This document shows, in pieces, positions 50,201 through 62,900 of a stretch of 64,000 nucleotides of DNA (its first letter is position 1; each line of letters starts with the position of its first letter). Both the position numbers and the translations under genes were made by a program. The stretch is from Mesotaenium endlicherianum (Eukaryota), in NCBI GenBank assembly GCA_009602735.1, contig WELA01003606.1, positions 1 through 64,000 of the forward strand. The letters run 5' to 3'. Under the pieces are notes generated by a model, which worked only from the letters and a program-made list of their open reading frames with translations, did not search any database and was not told where the DNA came from.

Positions 50201-53200
50201 CATCCTCCAGCCATCCCTCACAATCTCCTGGGACTTGGCCACCAGGGAGTTAATTCTCACTTTGAATTCGTCATACTCCCTCTGCGCTCGCAACCATTAT
50301 TCGCACCTCACCAATTTCTGCTTAGAGCACAAGTTTCACCTCTAGGGATTTTATGTGCAATATGTGCCATGAATCAGCAAAACTGGTGATACCACACATG
50401 TGGAGGCGATGGCACTACGTGCAATCAGATGGATACAGGCAGTATGACATGTGATAATGCGACAAGTATAATAGGCTAAGGGCAGCGTTTGGCAGTTGCC
50501 ATGAAAGGCTAGTTTCAAGATTTTAAGAAATGGGAAGGGGGAGCCAAGACCTTCATGCGGCGGCGCTCGCGCACAAACTCCGGTTGCACCTGGCCTTTCA
50601 GATAGTCCACTGTCTGCTCACCCACCAGCCACAAACAGGCCCATAATTGTTGGTTGTGGGTGGAGACAGTGTGTACATACAGTGCTTCCTTTGCACCCCC
50701 AACACACAGTCTCGTTTGAGCATGGGTAGGTGTTGATTGCACAATAAAACCACTTTTTGGTTAAATCCGCATAGTTGGGCAAACACTTACCAACTCAGTC
50801 ATAGAGACTCACTGAAGTGTGGGCTGTAAAAGCTTTGTGCTCCTGATCTTTGAAAGAAAAGCTAGTGATAAAGACTGCCTCTTCTAAGCTTAGCACACAC
50901 ATACATTTACACTCAGTGCATACGCACTCCCACACAGACACACTCGCACGCATACGCATGCCATGTGGAATAGAGAATACACGCCATTCTTTATGAAAAA
51001 CACATTTGCAAGAAACATTCAGCCACAAGCTTCAAGCGTCCCTCAAGTGGCCATGCACCTGTGAGAAGTAGACTTCCGGCGCACGGGGCTCGAGGGTGTA
51101 GCGCTTGCAGAAGGGCACCCAAGAGCGCGCAAAGTTGGCTGTCTCCGTCAGCGCTTCAAACGTCAGCATGGATGCGCCGTCGTCCGACAGGTACAGCGCC
51201 ATCCTGCATCCATTCATCACAGCAAAGTTGGGGGAGGGAAGGGAGGATAGGGAGGAACCGCAAGAGAGGGAGCCAAGGCATCACGAGAGGCCCTCAAAAC
51301 AAGTACCGCACAAATACCCAATGCTACCTGGTTCATAGCCAGCACAGTAACAGCCCCCACCCCAATGAGAACGTCGCCTATACGTGCTGTCCAACCCAAG
51401 ATGTGGAGTGCCTTACAGTAATGAGCTTTTCCGTCCGACAGTGGAATATTTGTAGACTTATCACGAGGGCCTGAAATGAGGACCAAATTGCGGACCCTCA
51501 CGAGCTTCTTAGCAACGTAAGAAAAAATACTAGAGGTGAGAATTGCAACACACTGAAGCACATACACGCACAAACGCGCAGAAACACACACACATCGCAG
51601 ATGACACCGGAGACCATGGACACTCAGAAGGAGAATGAAGACGGACGGTGATGAAGGTCCTAGTGTGGACGAACTTTTCAACAGGGTAGTCGGCCGCCAG
51701 AATGCTGAGCACCACATTGGCCGTCACCAGGGGGGGCTCCTTCTCGGGATCGGCAGTGGACACAAAGATGTCCACATTTGGCAGCTGCGAAGCCTGCCCG
51801 TCTGGCTCACACCTGCGTGAGGAATTTGCCAGACAAGTGGAACACCTAAGCTTTCAAGCCTATTATGTTCACCCTGCTTTCTCTATATTATTCAGAGAGC
51901 TATGTCAGAATGAGAAGTTGGCAAAACTGAAGAGTACGTGGGCTCTTAATAGACGAGACAAGGGTAACATGAGTGCTTGCCCGCGCCCTACGTAAGAATG
52001 GAGCAGCAGGACGTCTAGTGCAGGGAAGGGACTGCCATCAGTCCTACCCAGATAATGGTATAAGTAGCAAGCTCAAGAAGGTTTCTAAATATATCCAATT
52101 CTGAAAGCATACGGCATCATCGTTTACAGGCAATCATCCACAACCCTTGCAAAACAAGAATGGATGTGGGTTTAGAGTGTACCTAAGCCTAAGCCTGTCC
52201 AGATAAGTCTCACGCGTGATGGGGCTCCACTTGGGAATCTGATCAAAAATCCACGAGATTCCAAACCTACACACATAGAAGACGCATGGCTAGTTATAGT
52301 CAACCCCACAGGCCAGCAGCACAGTAGCAGGACTCACACTCACTATGCACTCGCACGCTAGCAGGCGGCTGGGAGAAAGGGAAGCTGGCGGCTACGGCAC
52401 TCAGACTATTGATTGTAGACCACTAACACACGGACTCCATCTACTCCAGGTGCAGCTTGAAGGGCTCTACCAGAAACCTGTCTGCTTCTGACACGAATTG
52501 CGATATCATCCAATTCTGTTGCGACAGGTGTACTGTGTTTGCACAATGACCTACTCAGGAACAAACCTCAGACCTGTCACAAGAGTCTGTTGCACGTGTA
52601 GAAACTGTATGCAAGCAGACGCACACCGACTATAAGCAGAGACACACAACTAGGCTCAGAGGACCTTGGATGTGATTAAGGGGAAAGAGAACAGACCAGA
52701 TCTCGCAGATGACAGACGTGAGCCACAGGAAGTAGGCACTCTTGTTGGGGTTCGTGACGCGGAAGTAGAAGAACGCCAGCGTCGCAATCAGGCGCAAGAT
52801 GACCACAAATCTGCCACGTGTTGCATAGAACAACGTACTCAAGTCAGCAGGGACGTTCTTTCCATTTTTAAGATACATTGTGTCACACATATTTATGCAC
52901 GCGGACGAGTGACAGGACGAGTCTATCATATGCTGTGCTGCAAAGTTGTTGAGTGATTGCTGCTCTTTCATAGTATTGTCATGACTAGCAGGACCTTAGA
53001 GTAGGGCTCCTTGGTGGAGGAGAGGCCTGTCAGTCGTGACTGTACACTACACGTGTCGTACGCCTGCATCACTGCGTGCGTGCACCTTGGAGGACGGCCA
53101 GGACTGAGGAGCTAACTACAACATTCCAAAAAGAAATCAAATACACTTGCAGCAAATTACAAGGCCTGCCGGGTGACGAGCTTTAGAGAAGCAGGAGGAA

Positions 53201-56200
53201 CCTGTAGGGGTTGATGAGGCTGGCTGCCACCGGCACCTTGCGCCACAGAGGGCGCCTTGTGTCGTCCACCCTGCACCCACACCATCGCGTGCACATCCGT
53301 TCGCCCCAGCCACACCAGCACATTGCATGTTGCAATACCCCAAGACTTTACAGCACGCATGCATATGCGCACTCCTCTGCCCCCATTCGCACCAGCATTT
53401 TGAAGCTTAACTTACATCACGCACTTACAGCACAGCACGGGTATTGCACTCATAGTCTCATGGTATATATATAAGATGAATCCTGCATCACACAATAGGT
53501 GTATTTCTCTACAAGGTGAAGACAAAATGAAGTCGAAGTACAATTATCATGATTTGTAGGCAGTGAGAACTGTTTCCATCGCCGTAAAAGAAGCACCAAG
53601 ACGGAGGCAAGGAATGAAGGACGAGATTGAAAGAGAGTCAGAATGTGTACATGAGGGGAACATCATCATGGTCATCTGTGACGTCGAATCTGTCCCCGTC
53701 GGCTTCCGACAAGTGGAAGGACGATGTGCGCTTATGCCACACAATGCTGCCATACCCGTACTCAGGAGGAGATTTGGTTGCGTCCATAGCCTGCTGGTAC
53801 ACGTGCAGCCGTACATCAACCCAGATACACATCGACAGTTATTCAAGCATTCTGGACTCCAGGTTTGCATTTGAAATCACGATGTGAATACATCAAGCAG
53901 TCTATAAAACTTTCTGTGACAGTCTTAAAACGGTGGACGAAGGCACCATGACGTTCTCGCTATGAAAAGCAGACAACGCAATGGATGTGAAATGAAGACT
54001 TGAGTACCCTCGATATCAAACATACAGTATGCGTGCCCTCAGGGAAATGAATGCAAGCACCAAGTCCCTGGTCCCTAAGCTGTTGTATGGTGCGTACGAA
54101 TCTGCTCCATCTGGCTGTCTCTGTTTCACAAACTTATGCAAAACAATACCAAGAGGAGAGGAGGAAATAAGCCACCTGAACAGCCAGAATGTTGCTGTCA
54201 GTCTCCCCTGCTGTGCTGGAGCATGGGTACGCTGCCACGTGTTCAAGCTTCTTGTCCAGCGTGCCACCCTGGTGGGCCATCTGAATGTCTCCCTCCGATT
54301 GGCCGATGGCATATTTGCCTATCTGTCACATATTGGAGAGGATACAAGCATCAAGCCCATGATCAAAAGTAGGCGCAGAGGCACAGACGCACCAACACAC
54401 TGTACCATCCACTGTACGGATTATCGATGATCTTGGAACCACAAGTACAGCATGCACAACATTTGCTCTTAAAGAACTTTGTGGAACTGGATGTTGAGAA
54501 GCCTGTTCAAGAAGCCCGTGTAGCAACACACATTACCAATATTTGTCATTACTGTCATACTGTCAAATGGACCAAACAAAAGTGAGTAATGCAGGTCTGA
54601 GATAGTCATTTGTATCCGCCATCTCAAAATGTGGAAGATCTGACCAATAACCCCGCTGAACAAGCAGGACCTTCCAGGGAAACCAGCCCTACCTCCGAGC
54701 TTACCTTTCACCACTGGAGTACAAGTATAATGGTCATCACAAATCACTTGCTGATACAGACAAAAGCAGCTGAAAGTAAGGGCAAGAATTCTGAAGATGT
54801 TTCAAAGGAAGTGGCAAGAACTGCAACAGACGAGACTTGTCAAACATCAAAGAGTTGGACGTAGATAGGCCGAAGGAACATTGGAGATCAGGAAGGCATA
54901 TACAGGAGACAGATAATAGTAGAGGGAAGAAAAAAACATACCAGCCCCTCAGGAATCTCGGTTATGCCGCCATCTTCCACCATACCAGCCTGCTGCTGTT
55001 GCTGCTGCTGAATGAGTAGCTTTGTCCTAGGGCTGACCGCATCCCTTTCTGCAGCACCAGCGGAGGATTTACCAAACTCAGAGTCCAGCTGCTCGTGGCT
55101 GTCAAAAAATGCCACCTGGCTCTGCTGGTGCTGGTGGTGCACCAGCGCTTGCTCGTCGGGGCTGAGGCGGTACTCTGACGTGGTGCTTGGCGGCAGCTGC
55201 TCCTCGAAGTGATCCATGACATCGTCTGCACTGTCCCCGGGTATCGCGGGACTGCCTGCCACACAAAATTGTCACAAAACCTTTTGTGCTGTCCGCTTTT
55301 GCATGAATTGCAGAGGTGAATATGGACACGGAAACATCAAAGCTCACGTCCACCTGTGTAGCATTGTACACACTACATACTTTTTTCATCTGACTGTTTT
55401 CATCTGCAGCCAGCCAGGTTGACAGAATGAGCAGCCTGAAAGAGCTGAACCAGTTGCGAGGTGGCCATGCTGCCGAGACGATGAGCAGATCCAGGCTCTG
55501 GATAATCTCCCACATAGCATGCTCATTCACACTACTAACAGGGCGCCTTGAATCAAAATACAGCTTCCGAGTGTTGAATAGCCCTGCCATTGCTACCACT
55601 TGTCGTTTCTGCCTCGTCTCACGTCGTAACCTCGTATCGACAAGAACACAAGGAGAACATACAAGAGGGGAGCAATGACGACCGCACATTCCTAATAGAT
55701 AATGAGCTCCTGATGCGCAAATCACAGCTTGCACTGCACCAAACTCGAGTAATGACCAGCTGCCTTCTCCTTGGCATGTGGGCGCAAGGACTAGCCTCAG
55801 CTCATTGTTTGACAATTTCAGTGGATTATAGGCTTCATACAAAGAGTTGAAGAAGCTCATACATTATTGCAATACTGAAGCTTAACTTAAAAGAGTGGGT
55901 TCTAGTTCCGCCTTGGACCTTACTACTGGGACAACTTTACAAAATATGGAAGCAAGAAGCAGCGTGAGCTCTCGCTAGTTCTGTACCTAAGCACTCCTAT
56001 ACTTACACTGTCTTGCAGTGTACATCTCGGTGCATGTATCTCATTATCTAGCTTGACGCCCTCACCTTTCATGCGCCTGTACTTAGACAGACATGAAGGG
56101 CACCTATTTCCCTCGTGCAAGCGGATGTATTCATAACAGGGTCTGCACATGCGGAATGCGCATTCACATGGCACAAACTCCCGTCCTTCCGCATTCAGGC

Positions 56201-56805
56201 CAATCTCTTTTGAGCAGATGGCACATGGCAACTTGTGGTATGGGTAGTCGTCCCCATGGTTGGCCTGCAAATGCGCATGTGCAGAAAGACTACTTAAGCT
56301 CATTATACCATCTAAATTTGTAAAATAAATTGATCAGAGAGAGACCGTTGCTGACAAACCATATCAGGTGCAACTCTGCAGGGACATTTACTATCGAAAG
56401 AAGTAGCTTAGGAAATGCTTAGAAGAATAGTGAATGCAGTGGCTGTCCTGCATTTGACAATCGGACGGCTGCTGCAAGGTTCACTGGCTTAAGTCTGATT
56501 AGAGAAGAGAACAGAAGTAAGCCCACGTGTATAAATGTAGGGTATACGTAGCTGAAGACTAAAGGCGCAGCTCAATCTGATCAAAGAGCCGTATTTGCAT
56601 AGCCATTACAGCGACTATTTTGCTGCTCCCTTTCAAAACCAACTGATCATATTGGCATACAAGAATCCATCAAGAGAGGAGACAGTCGAAGAAAAGTCAA
56701 GAAATATTTGCTCCTGCATTGTAAATGTACCTCGTTAATGACAATGGAAGACGACACGGAGAGCTCACGGCGCAAGTGGCTTCCTAACACCATCATGTTC
56801 TCCAT
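41272..56805 (-). CDS. CesA: Cellulose synthase-superfamily GT2 glycan synthase (CesA / CesA-CslD-like); ~30 exons
   Basis: Start [15 protein letters not shown] (56805); [13 protein letters not shown]...[15 protein letters not shown]...CPSC (56264-56066); [91 protein letters not shown]; stop TGA at 41272-41274. Confidence 0.93.
45360..45400. repeat. (CAG/TAG)n trinucleotide microsatellite in a CesA intron
   Basis: agcagcagcagcagcagtagcagcagcagtagcagcagca. Confidence 0.9.
49368..49462. repeat. (GT)n-rich microsatellite in a CesA intron; similar tracts at ~20582, ~41738 and ~43621
   Basis: Visible dinucleotide runs. Confidence 0.9.
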
Positions 56806-57573
56806 GTTATAACCCCCTTCCTGAACGGAATATACAGACTCGGACATTTTTCTTTCCTCCTTCAGGCAGTGATTTCCTTTGCCGACTCTTCTTGTTTGCT
56901 CCTCTCCTGCTTATACTACAGGAATCTGTAGGACTCCGCAGGTCTTTTTGCATAGGCGGGTTTTGCGGCCTGCGCCATACGGCTACGCTGGCAGCCATCA
57001 TGCTTGCGATCTTTGAGAGTCTGAACGTTGGTAGGCCTTCAGCGAAGCAGCTCAGCCAAGGTTGTGCTGTTTACTCTAGGTAACACACCTCGCAGGACTG
57101 ACTCTAAAGGGCCATTGCTCGTCACTCTTGCCGAGGTGGAGAAAGGCGACTTATTGCTCCAGATAACTCTGAATGATCGATGAAACAGATGATGGTGAAC
57201 AAAAGTGCACTTACAAGACAGCTAGTATAGAGATCGCCTATGTAAGGTGGACAACGGTGAATGACATGGTGAATGACGGTGAATTACGAGGTTGCAGGAT
57301 GTTGCAGGGGTACGTGGCTTACACCTGCTCTTACCTACACGCGCGTTGTTATTAAACACCAATCGTTCCACCTCGGTTTACCGCCTTTCACGTTATGACT
57401 TGCAGTCCTTGGAGTTGGACTTTTGGTCCAACCTTCAAACTCCACAGTGGTCCAGTCGACAGTCGATGCAGATTGGCAAAATTGATGCAGAATCGGTCAT
57501 AACTTCAAGAATAAATCGTAGTTCAATCGAATTCGCAAAGTTTGCTAATCCGGTGCCCGAGTAGCACACCAGA

Positions 57574-58473
57574 GGGCTGGTTTACAGTGAGCACTCGCGT
57601 AATGTGCTATTCCGCCGTTCGCGCTGCTTTCTTTTCTGCCATTCAACTTTATACACATACTATTGAATTTCAAAATGACGAGAACCTCGGACTTTTGGTT
57701 TACGGTACCCACGCCTTTTAACTATTCAAACGCGAGTTAAACGCCCCAGCCTAGCATGCCAGGATTTGAATGACCTTTTTCCTCGGACGAAACGGTCACT
57801 CTCAAATTCACTTCAAATTTCACTCCAAATTTCTGCACAATTTGGTATCAAATTTGAGCTCTTCTTTTGTTCCCGCTCGACGTCGAAACCACTTCACTAT
57901 ATACTAGCTACTCTTTGCGTTTTCCATTCATTGCTTCTTTTGAAGTTAAGAATTCCTAGCTTTCGTTGAGCGATTATTGCAAAGTGAGATAACCTTCTCT
58001 GCCTTCGTTGCTATGTAGTCGCGGTTTCTGCTTTGTTTGGTGGAGTTTGGCGCGAAATGAAAATTTAGGATTTTTTGGTGTGCGTTGCTTTTGGCACACA
58101 AGAATTCAAAATAGGGAAAAGGTACAAGATTAGTACCATAGGAGGGATTTGACAAGACCTTTTGACATGTACGTACACGTACGATAGTGGCTTTTACCGG
58201 ACGAAAGAGATGATAGCGAGTGTATGTTCAATTGCAGAAAAGTCAAATGACCTCGATAGGTCATTTGAGTTTCACGCTGTAATGCCGAGTTTTGGCTTGT
58301 AGTTCAATTTTACAAAACCCTCTTTTCAAATATGAAACAAGCCCGAAAACCCACTGTAAACCACGTTTGGGACGTCGATGAACAACATTGAAAGCATCAC
58401 TGTACTCTCGAGTACACGCAAGTACATTTGAAATGGACAATGGCGCTAATTAGCGCCCACTGTAAACCAGCCC
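57574..58473. mobile_element. MITE-like element with Harbinger-style TIRs upstream of the CesA-like gene
   Basis: GGGCTGGTTTACAGTGAGCACT (57574-57595) and AGCGCCCACTGTAAACCAGCCC (58452-58473) form a 22-bp inverted pair with 2 mismatches. ~900 bp, non-coding; TSD not resolved. Confidence 0.6.
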
Positions 58474-59032
58474 CTATATGCAAACTTCCTGCCGCGGTCA
58501 TGGCCGCGGTTGTACAATTCTGGACATGATAAGTACGATAGAAGTCAGCGACATTGTGCTCCCGGTCAACTCCTACAAACCTGAACAAACCCCAAGAAGC
58601 CAACGAATTGCAACTAGAAACGATACAGGGTACTGCATGGGTTCACGCCAGACCCTTGCATTCATAACTTTTTGGGTGTTATTTGTGATTTTGGATGTTA
58701 AAAAATCCGATCAAAACAAAAAGAATGTGAAATAAAATCCAGTTTGTTGAAAGCGTATGTCAAAGAAAACCCGGAAATAATTGATTTGGATGCTAAGAAA
58801 ATCCTGTCATTAAATTTTGGATGTTTTTTTTACCAATAGGGTACGGGCCCTAGGGCTAGGGGCCAGAGTTGTTATTGTGCAATCATTGCTAGTGGTCACT
58901 TGTAAGTGACCAGTCATAACTCATGGATCACCGACAAGAAATATGAAGGAAGCCGAGGCCCCTCACATTGCAAAGTCTGAATGCCGTACTGTGGCAACCG
59001 TGTAGATTGTCACCCTCGTCAACTATATAGTA

Positions 59033-59785
59033 TGTAAGGTCATAGATTTGTAAAGTGCATTTTTGAGTTTCATAAAATTATTTTTTGATTGTACATTCAT
59101 GTAGAGTGAATTTTTGTGGTCATTTTGATATAAAGTTCATTGAATTTGGTCAAGTATTAAGAGAGTTACGGATTTCTGAAGTTTGATTAGTTTTGAGGTC
59201 GGTTGACGACTGTCCTTAATTCGCGGTGAGCGCGACCGTCGGATTGACCGACAGCGTCGAGCGATCTGGCCCGTTAGAACCTTTTTAAAAAACTCGAACC
59301 TTCACGTAAGTTCGGCTGACGCGGAGTGCCGACTAGGTCGATTTACCTAGAAGTTTCGGTTTAGCCTAGCGCGTCTAAGATAGAATATTCTAGTAATGTC
59401 GATGCATGTAGGTGGACGTCAATTCAGCCCGACACGTCAGATTAGACTGATCTGGCTTACTCACGAATATTCTGGAAGGGACGATTTGACGAACACCAAG
59501 GAAAATCCGTAGCTTCCTCCTAGGGAGGAGCACTTAGGCAGAAAATTATAAAAAGGCATAACTTCTTTGTTTCTTATCAGTTTTCACTTCTGTAAATTCC
59601 TACGGGTTTGTAATGACAAGGCCTTTCATCCTACATCATTTGTGAGCAGTTTCTTGCCACTCAAAATGTCAAGTAATTTTCTTAAACTTTCTTAGCAATA
59701 TGCCGCTGCACTCTTGAGTATGATTGCAACTAGCTTTGTTCCTCGTGCGTCACTACGCTTCCACTAGGGCACTCTGCCCCTTTCA
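59033..59785 (+). mobile_element. Solo LTR (753 bp) of a related family
   Basis: TGTAAGGT...GCCCCTTTCA termini like the 711-bp LTR family; TSD TAGTA at 59028-59032 and 59786-59790; shared block TTTGG.CAAGTATT.AGA.AGTTA; no adjacent PBS or PPT. Confidence 0.88.
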
Positions 59786-59950
59786 TAGTAGGTACAAGTT
59801 ACAACTTGCAAATTGCCGCAAATTACCCCTTACTTTGAAGGAAAAAAAAAATTATCAACTGGACTGAAACGGAGATTTGACAATTTGTGTTCAAATTGCT
59901 TGATTTTCAAAAAAAGAAGGTGATTATAGAAAAAATAGTTGGAGTAGTAG

Positions 59951-62900
59951 TGTAAGGTTATGAAAGTGTAGTTTGTTTCTTTCTAGTATTTTATGTGCAT
60001 AGAGTGTGATTTTAGAAGAACTTTGGCCTTTATTTCACGTCATTTGGACAAGTATTGAGATAGTTATGAATTTTGGAAGTTTTTAGTGAGTTTTTAATGT
60101 CACAGATTCTATTTAGTGACACGGACAGGTCTAGTGACGAAAATTTCGGTTGGAGTCCAGAAAGTAGGACATTGAAACATGAGGGTTCCAGAAAGTACGT
60201 ACAATTACGTAGAGTGCCAAAGTGATCGTGGAATTTCTAGAAACTCCGTGAGGAGTTAGTGGTTTGTGTAGTAGAATATTCTAGAGTGTGATTGTGTGCG
60301 TGTGAGTGTGCTAGCTTGTCCAACTAGGCAAGGTCACCTACATGGAAGGAGCCATAGGAGAAGGCTCTGGAGGTACTTTGCTAGAGAGGACACTTAGAGT
60401 TAAAGGATAAATGGGAAGCACAAGGAAGTAGAGGGGGCTTAGTCTAGTCTAACCTTCTTATCTTGTACACGACTTTTCTTAATAAAGTGAGTTCTTTTCC
60501 ACTCCTCTCTCATGTAGCCCTCTAACTCTTGCAAGGGTGGCATACCACCAGGCCACTCCACCTTGTGTATGCAACTAGGAAAGGTCCTCGTGCACGCTTC
60601 CACTCGCGGGTGAGGGTGCGTGAGTGTGTATGGGCGCACTCCCCGCACCCTTCCCCCTTTCACATGGTATCGGAGCTACCTAGTTGCTTCATTTGGAGGA
60701 GGGAGCTTTGGTTGGTGATGCTTGTAGGAGTGTAGAGAGGGTAGAGAGGATAAGCAAGGATGATTTATAAGTTGCTAAGGGCAGCCATGAAGACGAAGAT
60801 GCAAGCTAGCATCTCACTCTCTTGAAGGAGGGAGGAGATGGAAGAGAGAGAGTGCTCCAAGAAGTGTCAACTTGGATGCAACCAGATTGTTGTACGTCTT
60901 CTTTGTAGTATAAGAAGGTTGCCCAAGCATGGTAGTGATATAAGTAATATAGAGCAGCCTTTGCTTGAGTATGGAGACAAACGAGCATGAAGAGAATCTG
61001 GAGTTCACACGGCTGGATTTTTCCTTGAAGATGCAAGCTCTTTAGTGTTAAGCTCTTTCTTTGATGAGGGGGCTTAGCATAGAGGTGATAGTGGCTAGAA
61101 AGGAGTGTGTGCCCATCTCTTCAATGAAGGTGGAGCAGATTGTAAGGGTAGGCAACCAGGGACTTAGCAGCATGTGTACTTGCAAGTCTAGGAGCTTTGG
61201 CGGGCATAGCACTCGCAAGCTCAAGAGGAGCTCATGAGAAGCTCAAGAGAGGGTGCACCGGGGTGTTGCACCAACTTGGTCAAGTATGTGGCCAGATTTG
61301 GATTGCCTTGCATCACTCCTACGTAGCCACTGGTTATTTGAGGCCAGCCATGATGGAGCTTGGTACCGTATGGAGATTGAAGAAGCCTCAATTGAAGAGA
61401 AGCACCGTGAAGAAGGCTTGGAGCAAGAAGAAGCATTCCAGATTATTCTTCAAAGAGGAGAGATGGAGATGGAGCCTTTCAAGTTCAGATTTCTCTTTTC
61501 TCATGGAGGAGAGTACTACGGAGTATATGGAGTTGAGAACTATGATGAAGACAAGCCTATGGTGCAGAAGAAGAAGCAAGGTATGAAGTTGGTGCAAGAG
61601 GGCTAGTGCAAGAGATGTCTCTCACTAGAAGTGCGTGTGCGAATAGTGTTGTGTTGGGCATAGTTAAGGGGCAGATTTTGGTGCATCTATGGAAGCTCTT
61701 CATGTGAAAGTAGAGCACCAAGGCAAGCTGGGTTTAGTAGTAAGAAGTGTCATTGGGGTGACCAAGGCTAGAGTGCACTCAAGAAGCTAAGCATGTGGAA
61801 GGAGTTGCACAAAGAGAGTAGCCTATCCTCTAGTGCTTTAGTGCACGGGTCAAGTGAAGACCGAGGAGGAGTATGGTCAAGTGAGGATAGTGAAATAGGT
61901 GGAGGTAGATATGACCACAAGTAGCTATCTTCAGCCCGCTAGCAAAGAAGCGACGCGGGAAGGTGAAGGTGAAGGAGAAGCGCTTGTTTTGGTGACCTTG
62001 GCCCGGTCATCACACGGAGCAAGCGTGCCTCCTAACAACCTTGGCGAATGTACATCGCCGGTGGAGCAAGTAGAGGTGTATGATCCCCTTGCTCATATAT
62101 AGAGCAGACCCCAACTGCTCAAGTGGAGGAGCTCCTAGAAAGTGAGCTCAAGAGAAGCCCGCTTGCAAGACGACGTGTGTGCGTGCACAAGATGAGGTGC
62201 AAGCACTAAGAGTATGTGCGTATGCCCAAGTTATGGAGCTCTTGGAGGCGTTCCAGATGTGTTTCTTGGAGCCTTGTGTGAAGGTTGACCTTCAAGAAAA
62301 GCCAAAGGTATGTGGGAGTGAGCATCTAGCCAAGGAGAAGACTATGATGGAGTTTGGTGCACCACGAGCGAGACTACGCGCTCATGCCTTGTGAAGATTA
62401 CTATCGTCGCTTGATGGAGACTACGACTTTATGGATATGGACCTATGAGGAGGAGACCAAGTGTTATGGGGCTGATATGTCCTGCCTAAGATGGAGATAT
62501 ATGACAAAGACCTGGACATGAAGCTAGGAGAATCAGCGCCTATACAAGCAAGCACGAGAGAGGCGTAAAATCTGGACTTGGACACTCGAGTGGTAAGCGC
62601 CTTACCTTCATGATGAGGGGGGGGAGTGTTATAGTTGTTTATAGTGCTTGTAAGTAAGGTCAAGCCAGTCCCATGAGTTCACTTGTAACTAAGAGATGTG
62701 AAGTGGAAAGGAGTTTGAGAGCAAGTGCTTGGAAGATACTCAAATCTGTCCATGTTTGAGGGTTTTACGGGTAGGCGAGCGCGAGGTTTAAAGTTGGCAG
62801 ATTTTGGCTACTTTTTGCCTACTTAGGAGAGAGTGGGTAATATTTTCACTAGAAGTCCTACATGATGTGAGAGGCCTAGTATGAGGCCTTCCTTGAGTCA

